64,000 nucleotides of DNA, taken from contig OZ241917.1 of the NCBI GenBank assembly GCA_965203805.1, positions 2,624,001-2,688,000 on the forward strand, read 5' to 3'. The notes beneath the pieces are model-generated. The model worked only from the letters and a program-made list of their open reading frames with translations. It searched no databases and had not been told where the DNA came from. This stretch comes from Candidatus Latescibacterota bacterium. Lineage in GTDB: Bacteria; Latescibacterota; UBA2968; GCA-2709665. Of this stretch, positions 8,223 through 17,488 are shown piece by piece; within the stretch, counting starts at the first letter, position 1; each line of letters begins with the position of its first letter. Position numbers and translations under genes: made by a program.

Positions 8223-9845
8223 CTACGACTTTCTGCATGGCGTGCCAATAGGTAACTTAATCAGAGCTTCCTCAAATAGATCAGCTTGCTTTGCCCGGCG
8301 CCGTGTAGCCCACTCGGGAAACAACTCGGCAACAGAATTCGCGGGGACATTTGCCAACTCCTTTGGCTCTAGCTTATGCAGTCCGCCTCCGTAGACGCGA
8401 CCCTCCCCGAGCATCACCCCCGGAGAGATTTCGTTCAGGAACTCCCACACCTGTCGCTTTAGTATGGGCATTTCCTGGATGGCGCGATTTAAGGGTTCTT
8501 TCGGGTACAACATCAAATACACGTTTGCGGCCGTTGCCTTGGAATTGTTCAATATGAAACGAAACGGCCTTCCGCTCTTCCTGTCGCTTCGGCCCAGATA
8601 GGTACAGACGTACGGAGCCGGCGGCCGGTATTCCTGTCTGTACCAAAGCGCACGATGCCGACAGATATAGCGATCACTTACGCCCTCCGCCTTGCCTTCC
8701 TCCAGATACGTCCAAAGACTTGGATAACGTTTCTTGATTTCGCTTTCCATCCACGGTGGATCGAGCAGGAACAATCGCAGTTTGAGAAGCGGATTGCCCA
8801 TTCGATCGCCCTCGACTTCGTCCTCGGGCACATATCTCGGGCTAGGAAGGATTGGCTTGAATGCATCCATAGGCAGCTGGCGCTGATGGATCTGCTCGGC
8901 TGACAGGATGAAATAGCTGTTGTTACCCGTAGCCAAACCCCGTTTTATCTCGAAAAAGTCACCCAGCACCGGTCCATCGGCTGCTTCATGGTTCTGACTC
9001 TTAGGATAACGTGTCCATTTTGGCTCACGGCGCAAAGTCTCGAGAGGAACCAATCGATCCAACACCGGTTGTTCTAGTGTTCCGCCATAGGTGAACCGAA
9101 CTTGATGCTGTGGTCGAGGAGGTTCGTTCCGGAACCACACCACAGCCGACGACACAAGCGCATCGCAGAATTGCACGTCATTCGGATCGAAGCGGTGAAT
9201 GTGATGAAGCGTCACCTTGTCGAGCAGGTAGCGCTTCACCGCTACCCCGTACTTCACGTCCATGAATTCGCTGGGGATCAACCAGCCAGCCAGCCCGCCG
9301 GCGGTCATCCACATATGACTTATGCAGAGGAAATAGCAATAAAGCCCGGCCAGACCGTTAATTTTCACGCCGGAAGCGGCTTGCGCGCGCGACCTTAACA
9401 GCTTTTTCTCCCCACTGTCAATATGGTGGTGCCGCACATAGGGCGGATTACAGATCAGCAGGTTGAACCGATCGGAAGCCTCTGGCGCATCGGCCCGCGT
9501 GAAGTCTTCCAATATAATTTCCAGACCCGTCTTGCCCCACAGCGTCGTTGCCGGCCTGCCGTAATGCGGATCTATCTCATATCCAATGGCAGCGTCGATA
9601 CGGGCTTGGGAAAACGCGTGCAGCAGCGCCGAATAGAAAGCGCCAGTCCCGATAGCCGGGTCGATGAAACGCAATCTCTCGTTCTTGCCGAGACGCGCCT
9701 TCGCGTATCGCTGAATATCGACAGCAAGGCTGGTTGGTGTAGCGAACTGCCCCATTCTGTTTCGTACGGCTGCGTCTCTTCTCGCATCCAGTTCTTCCTG
9801 AAGTGCCAGCCGCCGAGTCTCTAATCCTGCAACCGCCATATTCAT
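8223..9845 (-). CDS. Type II N6-adenine DNA methyltransferase (Eco57I/TaqI-like gamma class); C-terminal tail replaced by IS sequence
   Basis: GQFATP, motif I FIDPAIGTGAF, motif IV NPPY, IKRGLATG.N.YF and GRVYGGGLHKLEPKEL. Confidence 0.9.
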   Translation of the reverse strand: MNMAVAGLETRRLALQEELDARRDAAVRNRMGQFATPTSLAVDIQRYAKARLGKNERLRFIDPAIGTGAFYSALLHAFSQARIDAAIGYEIDPHYGRPATTLWGKTGLEIILEDFTRADAPEASDRFNLLICNPPYVRHHHIDSGEKKLLRSRAQAASGVKINGLAGLYCYFLCISHMWMTAGGLAGWLIPSEFMDVKYGVAVKRYLLDKVTLHHIHRFDPNDVQFCDALVSSAVVWFRNEPPRPQHQVRFTYGGTLEQPVLDRLVPLETLRREPKWTRYPKSQNHEAADGPVLGDFFEIKRGLATGNNSYFILSAEQIHQRQLPMDAFKPILPSPRYVPEDEVEGDRMGNPLLKLRLFLLDPPWMESEIKKRYPSLWTYLEEGKAEGVSDRYICRHRALWYRQEYRPPAPYVCTYLGRSDRKSGRPFRFILNNSKATAANVYLMLYPKEPLNRAIQEMPILKRQVWEFLNEISPGVMLGEGRVYGGGLHKLEPKELANVPANSVAELFPEWATRRRAKQADLFEEALIKLPIGTPCRKS

Positions 9846-9848
9846 AAT

Positions 9849-10811
9849 CTACAATCCAAGCTCGCCGAGGTCGTTGATACGATGCTCCCAGACCCAGTCA
9901 ATGCCTTTCGCCGCCTCATAGCCGAGATAGCCGCTATCAAAATACCCGCACAGAAACAGAATGTAGCGCACGTTGTTCCCATAGGTCTGGCGAAGTTGGT
10001 TCATCTTGGTCGCTTCTTCTTTACGTCGCTTGTTGACATTCGTGAAATCACCCGCCGATTTTGCTTCAATCAGTATTGGTAAGTCCGCTGTCTTCGCCCC
10101 TTTGGGCTTCACAACCGCGTCCACAGGAATATTGATCGTCTCTCCGATCCCCTCCTGCTCAACCGGCACATTTAGCCGGAACGAGCAGGTTCCAGGACGC
10201 ATGGCGTCATACTTCGTACCACTACCCGTCGGCAGGTTTTCATACCTGAGTGCCTTTAACCATTTGTCAATCGCGGCAAGCTGACGTTTTTCCTGCGCAT
10301 TTCGGATGATTGGATTGGCAACGGCTCCGCACAAGCGATCAGCAACGATCGTCGCCGCCCGGTAGAATTCCTGTTCGGACGGATTGTCCCTACGTTCCAA
10401 CCAGACAAAGACATCCGGATCAGCCATCTTCTCGATGACCCTTGCAATCTTCTCAAGCTCGCCGTTCAGCTTCCGACCCGGCATTCGTGGCGGGAGTCTC
10501 TTATCTTTTTTCATCGATCTGACCAGGTTCTTAGAGACGCCGGAAAGGCCGATCAGCCGGTCCACGGCCAAAGGCGGGCACGTCGACATGCGTAATGACG
10601 GCAACACCGACGGTTTCGATCTCAGCAGTTCCACTCCGACATACGTTAAGTTCTTCGTCGCTTCAAGGGTCGCCTCGACGTCCTTAGCGGTTTGCGTCCG
10701 TGTAGCACGGTAAGCCTCCGGTGCAAAGCGCATAAACCAGTCGTTGAACATGTCCACCGACTGCGCAATGTCCTCTTTCCACCGGTCCGGTTTATCTCTG
10801 TTGATGGCCAT
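9849..10811 (-). CDS. Type II restriction endonuclease, PD-(D/E)xK, XamI-family-like
   Basis: PVDAVV...LIEAKSAGDFTNVNKRRKEEA motif. Directly upstream of the MTase (3-bp gap). Family assignment from recall. Confidence 0.75.
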   Translation of the reverse strand: MAINRDKPDRWKEDIAQSVDMFNDWFMRFAPEAYRATRTQTAKDVEATLEATKNLTYVGVELLRSKPSVLPSLRMSTCPPLAVDRLIGLSGVSKNLVRSMKKDKRLPPRMPGRKLNGELEKIARVIEKMADPDVFVWLERRDNPSEQEFYRAATIVADRLCGAVANPIIRNAQEKRQLAAIDKWLKALRYENLPTGSGTKYDAMRPGTCSFRLNVPVEQEGIGETINIPVDAVVKPKGAKTADLPILIEAKSAGDFTNVNKRRKEEATKMNQLRQTYGNNVRYILFLCGYFDSGYLGYEAAKGIDWVWEHRINDLGELGL

Positions 10812-11021
10812 CAATCCTTCTACCTTTTCTGAACTCCCAGCTTTGCGTGCCGGTAATGTCCCATCGTCTCATCACAAAGTTCCATCTGGTACGCACTTCG
10901 GATTGCGAATCACTTCTGATCTCGACCGCTGCTGCTCCGGCAGCCTTATTCTTACTTCCTCCGTGGACATCCGACCCGACAGGTCGGCCGGGCGCGTCTG
11001 GCGATTCCGTCCGTCAGGCAA

Positions 11022-11954
11022 TCACAGTTCGCGCAACAGACGATCGGCAACGGTGTAAGGATCGTCCTCTTCGGCCCGGATGTCTGCCGCCGCCCTGTCA
11101 AGAGACTCCGGCGACAGCGCTGCACTGAATCGGAGACGGAGCAGCGCCTCGACGCGCTCCTTTACTTCACGCCGGATCTGCCGCTCCCGAAGAACCGCCA
11201 GCCTGTCTTCCGCTTTCAGGTGACACGAGTACGCCCGGAGCGCTTCGTACAGCTCCCCGACGCCGTTGCCGCGCGTGCCCACCGTGCGCACGAGCCGCGT
11301 TTCCCAGCCATCGACCTTGCCGCGGGCGTGAAGGGATTCCGCGAGTTCTCCCGCCAATCCGGCAGCGCCGGGACGGTCGGACTTGTTCAGGGCAATCACG
11401 TCCGCAATTTCCATCACGCCCGCTTTCAGCACCTGGATTTCGTCGCCGGACTCCGGCACGAGGGTCAGCACGACGGCATCGACGCACCAGGTCACATCCA
11501 CGTCGGTCTGCCCGACCCCTGCGGTCTCGACGAGCACCACGTCCTTCCCCATCGCCTCCATCACCCGGATCGCGTCGCGCGCCGCGCGGCACAGCCCGCC
11601 CGGCAGACCCTCGTTCCCCATGCTTCGAATAAACACCGACGGATCGCCCGACAGTTCCTGCATCCGAATCCGGTCGCCCAGCAGGGCGCCGCCGGAAAAC
11701 GGGCTGGCGATATCCACGGCCAGAACGCCCACCGCCCTTCCGGCTTCCCGAAAGCGCGTTGCGAGACAGGCCGCGAGCGTACTCTTGCCCGCCCCGGGCG
11801 GGCCGGTGATGCCGATCCGGTAAGCGTCGCCCGTTGAAGGGTACAGGGCCGCAAGCAGGGGCGCCGCGTCGTTCTCGCGTCGCTCGATGAGCGAAATGGC
11901 GCGCGCCGCGGCGCGGACGTCACCCTTCAGCACCCGTCCGGCCAGGTCTCTCAT
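11022..11954 (-). CDS. meaB: Methylmalonyl-CoA mutase-associated GTPase MeaB/ArgK
   Basis: IGITGPPGAGKST, SPFSGGALLGDRIRM, VFIRSM, VETAGVGQ, KAGVMEIAD, NKSD. Confidence 0.92.
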   Translation of the reverse strand: MRDLAGRVLKGDVRAAARAISLIERRENDAAPLLAALYPSTGDAYRIGITGPPGAGKSTLAACLATRFREAGRAVGVLAVDIASPFSGGALLGDRIRMQELSGDPSVFIRSMGNEGLPGGLCRAARDAIRVMEAMGKDVVLVETAGVGQTDVDVTWCVDAVVLTLVPESGDEIQVLKAGVMEIADVIALNKSDRPGAAGLAGELAESLHARGKVDGWETRLVRTVGTRGNGVGELYEALRAYSCHLKAEDRLAVLRERQIRREVKERVEALLRLRFSAALSPESLDRAAADIRAEEDDPYTVADRLLREL

Positions 11955-12346
11955 TTCACGGCTTCCCGGAGACACGCGATGATATCGCCGGTATGGGTCC
12001 CGGGCCCCCAGAAGAATGCCAGCCCTCTCGCCTTCAGCGCCTCCCGGTCCGCCGGCGAGATGATGCCGCCGCCCACCACCAGGATGTCGTCCGCGCCCCG
12101 CTCCCGGAGGCGGTCCATCACTTTCGGGAAGATCGTGAGATGGGCCCCCGAGAGAGAGCTGATCCCCAGCACGTCCACGTCTTCCTGGATCGCGGTGTTC
12201 ACCACCTCGTCCGCGGTGCGGTGCAGACCCGTATAGATAACCTCAATTCCCGCGTCCCGCAGCGCGCGCGCCACCACCTTCGCGCCGCGGTCGTGCCCGT
12301 CCAGGCCCACTTTCGCAATCAGAACCCGTATTTTGCGACCGGACAT
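11951..12346 (-). CDS. Cobalamin-binding domain (acyl-CoA mutase small subunit)
   Basis: AKVGLDGHDRGAKVVARALRDAG.EVIYTG (DxHxxG), SSLSGAH, VVGGGII. Confidence 0.93.
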   Translation of the reverse strand: MSGRKIRVLIAKVGLDGHDRGAKVVARALRDAGIEVIYTGLHRTADEVVNTAIQEDVDVLGISSLSGAHLTIFPKVMDRLRERGADDILVVGGGIISPADREALKARGLAFFWGPGTHTGDIIACLREAVK

Positions 12347-13095
12347 TTCGACTCCCGGACCTGAGCTTGTTCCTTAGTATTACTCGTGGCTAACCCACCG
12401 AGTACAAGCATCTATTCTTCAGCAATTCAAGCCGCCCAACCTGCTCGCCCAAGACGGAAGCGCGATTGAGTCGGGTTTCTTTTCCTATTTTTGGCTTGTT
12501 CAACGCGAAAGCGTTGTCCAATGCACGGCCGCAATTCCGGTCACCCGAAATATCAGTCCGACAGGAGTGCCAGAGTATCCGGATCGTATCGGTGAACCCC
12601 CTTCACCCTGATGCTGACGCCGTGTGGCAGGAAGTCACCGGCAAGCGGTTCGCTTGCTAGCTCAACGTCGAACCGGTCCGAATCGATGATCGAAAACTGC
12701 AGGCGGTGGTTGTCCGCAGGCCGATGTTTTCGTCGGCGGGGACGAGATTTTTCACGCTGACGGGGATTAAAGAGATGAATCGTGTAATAGACGAATTCAC
12801 AGGGAGATCACGGGCGGTTGCCTAGAACGACGCTATGTATAATCCGGAATCCTGACATTACGAAGAAGCGGCTCAGACTCCGCCGACAACCCGGAAACCA
12901 TCGTCAAGAAAATACCATCGGTTGCGTCCGTAGTACTTTCGGGGATCGGGCACATTGGAGGGGCAAATGGCGGCAGAGACACCGCTAGAGAATCTGACGC
13001 GCGGCAGAGCGGCAGATGGCTGGCATCGGCATGATGGATGTTCTTGTGGCACACACTTTCGGCGGAATTCTCCTGTATCGACACCGCCACGTCGA

Positions 13096-14373
13096 CTAGC
13101 CTACTGCGGACGCTGACGTTTGCTCCCTCTCCAACTCTACCTCTCCGTGCTCCTTCCAAAGCCGAACAACGAAGCGATCGTCCTGCTCTTCGAGGTCCGG
13201 TTCCGTGCCGTTATGCAGCCGCATCGATTCGATGATCCGGTTGCGAACCCCCATTCCCTGGTGTTCGACGTAGCGGTAGTCGCGGAGAATCTCCTTGAGC
13301 AACTCGTTGCGGGCCACCCGAACGACCCCCTCCCTCATCTTCTCCACGGTGACACCGTTCGGAAGCCGACCCGGAGAGATGACTTCGAGCCGATCGCTAT
13401 ACAACGAGACCTCGATGTCGGTGCCTTCGCGCGCGTAGTCACGATGCGCCACCGCGTTCACCACCGCTTCCCGTACCGCTTCGAGCGGGAAAGCCTCCTT
13501 GCGGCGGCGGCGGGCGTCTTCGAGCCACGCTTTGCTACCCATGTTGCGTTTCACGAAATCCACCGTGCGGTCGATCACACCTTTTTCGACCGCCGCACTA
13601 CATTTGGAGATGATTGAGACAAGCGGTCCGCGGATCCGCTCTTCGTCATTCATGTTGTAGTCCTTCTCTACGCCCGGGAACGCCGCTGCCGTCACGCCAG
13701 CCTGCGGCAGACGGCGGTTCGGGTTCTCGCCGAACAACAGAAGACCGGCCGCCGATGCGAGCAATTGATCTCCCACGGCTACCAGAAAGTCCGAATTGAG
13801 CAAAAGTCGCCGCCAGCTCTCAACGTCGGCGCGACCCGGGGCGGATCGGTTCAAGATCTCAACAAAGTAATTCTCAATCCTATCAAAGTCGAGGCACTCC
13901 AGTCCCATATCCGGTACCGCCTTTATCTCGTATCGAACCAGACGGGCGGCCTGATAGAGTCTGGCTTCCTCCTCTCGTGTGGCCCTGTTTGATTCACTGC
14001 CGACACGCGTGAACGAGACCCACGCCCCCCCTCGCCTTGCCTTGTGAGGTTTGCCGGGACTGTCGGCGGGAAGCTCGACTACGCCCACAATGCTGCCGTC
14101 TTCCATCGTTATGGAAGTCCATACCGGCGTCGTTGGCGGTTGAAGGTTGTTTCGAGCAATATTCATCACCCACTCCTCCGCCGTCTCGCGGTTCCGGGTC
14201 AGTCCGGTTATTCGCTGGTCCTTCTCCACGCCAAGCAGAATGATGCCTCCCTCAAGGTTCAGCAACGCCGACATCTCCTTCGCAAGAGAATCGGGATGAC
14301 AGTCGTCGCGTTTGAATTCAACCCTCGAGTTCTCGTCATTGGCGATGAGTTCGAGTAGTTCCGTTTTGTTCAT
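13096..14373 (-). CDS. AlbA_2/Schlafen-domain protein with C-terminal HATPase_c_4 (RecG-C-like) domain
   Basis: ENSRVEFKRD...EMSALLN.EGG.ILLGVE at the N-terminus. AVREAVVNAVAHRDY, DRLEVISPGRLP and RNELL at the C-terminus. Confidence 0.85.
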   Translation of the reverse strand: MNKTELLELIANDENSRVEFKRDDCHPDSLAKEMSALLNLEGGIILLGVEKDQRITGLTRNRETAEEWVMNIARNNLQPPTTPVWTSITMEDGSIVGVVELPADSPGKPHKARRGGAWVSFTRVGSESNRATREEEARLYQAARLVRYEIKAVPDMGLECLDFDRIENYFVEILNRSAPGRADVESWRRLLLNSDFLVAVGDQLLASAAGLLLFGENPNRRLPQAGVTAAAFPGVEKDYNMNDEERIRGPLVSIISKCSAAVEKGVIDRTVDFVKRNMGSKAWLEDARRRRKEAFPLEAVREAVVNAVAHRDYAREGTDIEVSLYSDRLEVISPGRLPNGVTVEKMREGVVRVARNELLKEILRDYRYVEHQGMGVRNRIIESMRLHNGTEPDLEEQDDRFVVRLWKEHGEVELEREQTSASAVG

Positions 14374-14376
14374 CGT

Positions 14377-17070
14377 TCAGAACCCGTACTTCCTGCGTCG
14401 CGTCTCAAAAGCCTCACGACCACCTTCGAGGATTTCCTCTACGAGCTCCCGAACCAATCGGGAGTCGATCGATCCAGCATGACCAGGCGCTACACGTGCC
14501 CGTCCGCCGTCTGCTTCACCGGCGGCCGAAAGTCCGAGAATGAGCTCGGCGTCGCCAAGGACGGGGATGTTCGCATTATGCGATGCGAAGATGAACTGTC
14601 GTCGTTGCTTTTCCTCCCGCATACGTGGGACGACGCCTTCGGTGATGAAACGGTTGTCAAGATCGTCCTCCGGCTGATCCACGATCAGTGGGGCGCCTGA
14701 TTCGAGTAGCAGAAGAAGCAGAACGGCAGTTGCCTTCTGGCCGGTCGACAGGTCATCAAGAGACTGCCATGCGGGCGGAGCGCCCGCTGGGGCGGTGTTG
14801 AGACGAATCGACATGGTGGGCAGGAGCTCCAGTTCCTCGATTCTCATAAACACTTCGTCCTCGCCGCTTGCGAGACGTTCCGCCTGACCGGGCGTGATGT
14901 CGTAGGTCTTGCGTAACGCGTTGGCGCCGGATCGGCATGCGCCGACGAATTGCGTAAGCGATAGATCGGGTGAGTGCCGCAGGCTCTCGATGGCTTCCGA
15001 CATGCGCCCGCCGATCTCGTCGCGCAGCATCTGAAAGAGCGGTTCACGGTTTCCCGCGCCCGTCACCTGTACCTGTACGCGGTTGCGAAGTTTGTTGCTG
15101 ACCTTTCTTGCGGCCTCGTCCAAGGCGCGGAACTCTGAGGCTTTGATATCTTCCCATTCCGCAAGCAGAGTTCGACGTTGCTCGGCATGTTCATTCTCCA
15201 ATCTCCGTAGAACTACCACGCGCTCTTGAAGTGGCCTCAATTCTTCGATCTGGCGGCGAAGGCCGATGAATTCCTCACCGTCCACGCGAGATTTCTGAAG
15301 TTCCCGCAGGATCCGTTCGTACTCGGCCTGAACTTGCTGCCTGCGCACGTCCCAGGTGGTCCGCACCTGGTCAATGCCGTGATCAACACGCATCAACGCC
15401 TGCTCCAAGCCGTCTGCAATGCGGCCAACTTCCTCACCCAGATCGGTGAGCGCCTTGTTCGCCTGGGAAAGAATGTCCCTGCCAGGCAGTTCCTCTAGCG
15501 CTTTCTCAGACAAAAATGCCAAATCAATAGGCAGCTCTCTACGCAAGATATCCAGTGCCTCACGGAAGGGCGCCAGACGTTGAGGAACGGAACCAATCAC
15601 GCGTTCCTCTCGCAAAAGCAGGCTTTGCTCCTGCAGACGTTCCTCAAGGCCCACTTCCTGGAATCGTTCAAGCGTTTCCTTCAGCCTGGGAAGCGCGGCA
15701 AGTCGCTCTTCAATGGAAGCAATCTCCGCGCGGGCGTCGCACAAGGCGCTTCGATTCCTGCCGAGGTCGCGCCTTACCGACGCCTTGCTACGTGAGAGCG
15801 ACTCATCCCGCTCGACGAAGCGATCAAGCAAGCGGGTGAGCTTATCAGGGCTTCTTGCAAGTTCGGAAATCTCGTGCTGACCATAGGCTTCGACTCGAGG
15901 TAGAATGTCCGCTGGCGCACGGTGTAGCACCTCGCCGCTCGCGTCCCGGACCAATGGCGGATTTGGTATGGTCCGCTCGATGCGATATTCACGAACCCCG
16001 GGGCGCTGGACGCGTACTCGAAGTGAAATCTTCGTCCCGTTGCGTAGCACCTGACGCATGATTCCGTCATGGGCCTTACGCGCTTCGTCGCCGATAGGAT
16101 CAAGTCCAAGCGCGCTGCGGATACTTTCGATCACGGTCGATTTTCCCGTACCGCGCCCGCCAATGAGCACATTCAAATTTGGATTGAGACGCATGGTCAC
16201 GCCATCCAGAAACCCGCCTTCCCAAGCGACAGTGATTATCTCAATGTGCTCGTCGGGCTTAAACTCGCCTTCCTTGGGGTTTAGTCGAATGCGCGATCCC
16301 GGATCCAGGAAGGCTTGGCGCAATCCGTCGATGGTGACTTCCTGCATCTTGATCCAGCAAGTAGCCGACCGACCATCTAGTTGTTCCGGTTTCACGATGT
16401 CCCTCGCATTGACTGCGGCGATTGCGACTCGGTGCTCAGGCGCGTGAATGCGACGGTAATGTGTATTGCTGTTCCTTACGATCTGACGGATATCCGGCGG
16501 CAGATCGTCAATAGCACCCGGGATTTGTACGGCAAGTAGATTTTCGTCCTTCCATGCGCGAATCCTGGCTTTCCCCTTCAATACTTCCAATAGACCGCCA
16601 TTCCCTGTTACGTGCGCTGCGATCAAAATCCCACCCTGATTGTGAACGGCTTCCAAGACTCCTGTAAACGGCTTATTGGCAAGATCGGAAGAGGGGTCGG
16701 TATCGTGTATGCCAAATTCACCGAGATACCGTTCGAGCCTATCGAGTTCCGTATCCGGGGAGTAAAGGCATAAGACGTGTACACCCTCGCTCGATGAGAG
16801 TTCAAAACCGGGGAAGATACGGACTTCGCGATTGCGCGCGGCGGACCGAAAAGCCGCGACCGCGCTGACACTATTGTGATCTGTGATAGCGAGCACCTCG
16901 ATACCGAGGTCAATAGCTTTGTCCACAATCTCCTGTGCGTGGCTAATCGCATTCCCATCTGACGGCTGCCCCCGGAAGGTACCGCCATAGTGGTGCGGGT
17001 TCACTTGAAGCGCACACTTGTAGAAACGTGCTCCCGAAGGTGCCCGAGCGTTTGAGTTGGTATCCGTCAT
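14377..17070 (-). CDS. PHP-domain + coiled-coil ABC/SMC-type ATPase (Ppl/TrlF-like, putative anti-phage)
   Basis: PHP motifs AITDHN, GFELSSSEGVHVL, AAHV. Walker A GGRGTGKS, long coiled coil, signature LSTGQK, Walker B PLIVDQPEDDLDN, H-loop SHNANIPVLGDAE. Confidence 0.85.
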   Translation of the reverse strand: MTDTNSNARAPSGARFYKCALQVNPHHYGGTFRGQPSDGNAISHAQEIVDKAIDLGIEVLAITDHNSVSAVAAFRSAARNREVRIFPGFELSSSEGVHVLCLYSPDTELDRLERYLGEFGIHDTDPSSDLANKPFTGVLEAVHNQGGILIAAHVTGNGGLLEVLKGKARIRAWKDENLLAVQIPGAIDDLPPDIRQIVRNSNTHYRRIHAPEHRVAIAAVNARDIVKPEQLDGRSATCWIKMQEVTIDGLRQAFLDPGSRIRLNPKEGEFKPDEHIEIITVAWEGGFLDGVTMRLNPNLNVLIGGRGTGKSTVIESIRSALGLDPIGDEARKAHDGIMRQVLRNGTKISLRVRVQRPGVREYRIERTIPNPPLVRDASGEVLHRAPADILPRVEAYGQHEISELARSPDKLTRLLDRFVERDESLSRSKASVRRDLGRNRSALCDARAEIASIEERLAALPRLKETLERFQEVGLEERLQEQSLLLREERVIGSVPQRLAPFREALDILRRELPIDLAFLSEKALEELPGRDILSQANKALTDLGEEVGRIADGLEQALMRVDHGIDQVRTTWDVRRQQVQAEYERILRELQKSRVDGEEFIGLRRQIEELRPLQERVVVLRRLENEHAEQRRTLLAEWEDIKASEFRALDEAARKVSNKLRNRVQVQVTGAGNREPLFQMLRDEIGGRMSEAIESLRHSPDLSLTQFVGACRSGANALRKTYDITPGQAERLASGEDEVFMRIEELELLPTMSIRLNTAPAGAPPAWQSLDDLSTGQKATAVLLLLLLESGAPLIVDQPEDDLDNRFITEGVVPRMREEKQRRQFIFASHNANIPVLGDAELILGLSAAGEADGGRARVAPGHAGSIDSRLVRELVEEILEGGREAFETRRRKYGF

Positions 17071-17259
17071 CTCTTTCACTTGTGTTCTACTCCGGCGTGC
17101 GTTGTTATGGAAATACGATTCAAACGAATATTACTGCGGGAGTGAGACTTTTGGCCGAGTCTGATCGACCGAAGTTCGACCCGTCGTAACAACCAAAAAT
17201 AGGTTAAGATATACATAGGTGTCAATTAGATTCTCCATGTCACAGCGGAAATCGCCAAA

Positions 17260-17288
17260 CAGAAAAGACCCCGACGGGGTCTTTTCTG
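17260..17288. terminator. Terminator-like hairpin
   Basis: CAGAAAAGACCCC-GAC-GGGGTCTTTTCTG, a 13-bp perfect stem with A/T tracts. Confidence 0.55.
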
Positions 17289-17488
17289 CAAACGGCGCGT
17301 ATTCTTTGAATTGTTCCGCTTCTCTGGAATTCATCGATCCGCACGCAGATCCGAATATCGCCGTTTGCGAATCCTCGGCGCAGTTCCTATATTCAACATG
17401 AAATCACTTCGCACGCCGACGCGAAGCCTCAATCTACGAGATTCAGACCCGTCTGAAAAATCCCACGTTTGGGCAGAAAGGGCAAAAA

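Larger units (their letters stand above)
6962..8271 (-). mobile_element. IS5-family (IS5 subgroup) insertion sequence with an inactivated transposase
   Basis: TIRs GGAACCTCTGATCAA (6962-6976) and GGAAGCTCTGATTAA (rc of 8257-8271). 4-bp direct repeat TCAA at 6958-6961 and 8272-8275. Confidence 0.92.

Noticed and set aside
9849-10811. Idea that the XamI-like nuclease (prototype site GTCGAC) created the insertion sites in the IS
   Set aside because: None of the three empty sites is GTCGAC (on the minus strand they are GTCGAA, GTCGCT and GTCGTC). Intact GTCGAC sites are common in the window (for example 6-11 and 72-77), and this enzyme's specificity is unverified.
12360-13090. Cobalamin riboswitch or ncRNA upstream of the B12-binding gene
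   Set aside because: No recognisable B12-box motifs by eye; an Rfam/Infernal scan would be needed.
15479-15489. CTGCCAGGCAG palindrome in the PHP-ATPase gene
   Set aside because: Short, lacks the full termini, and encodes ordinary LPG with no sign of an insertion.
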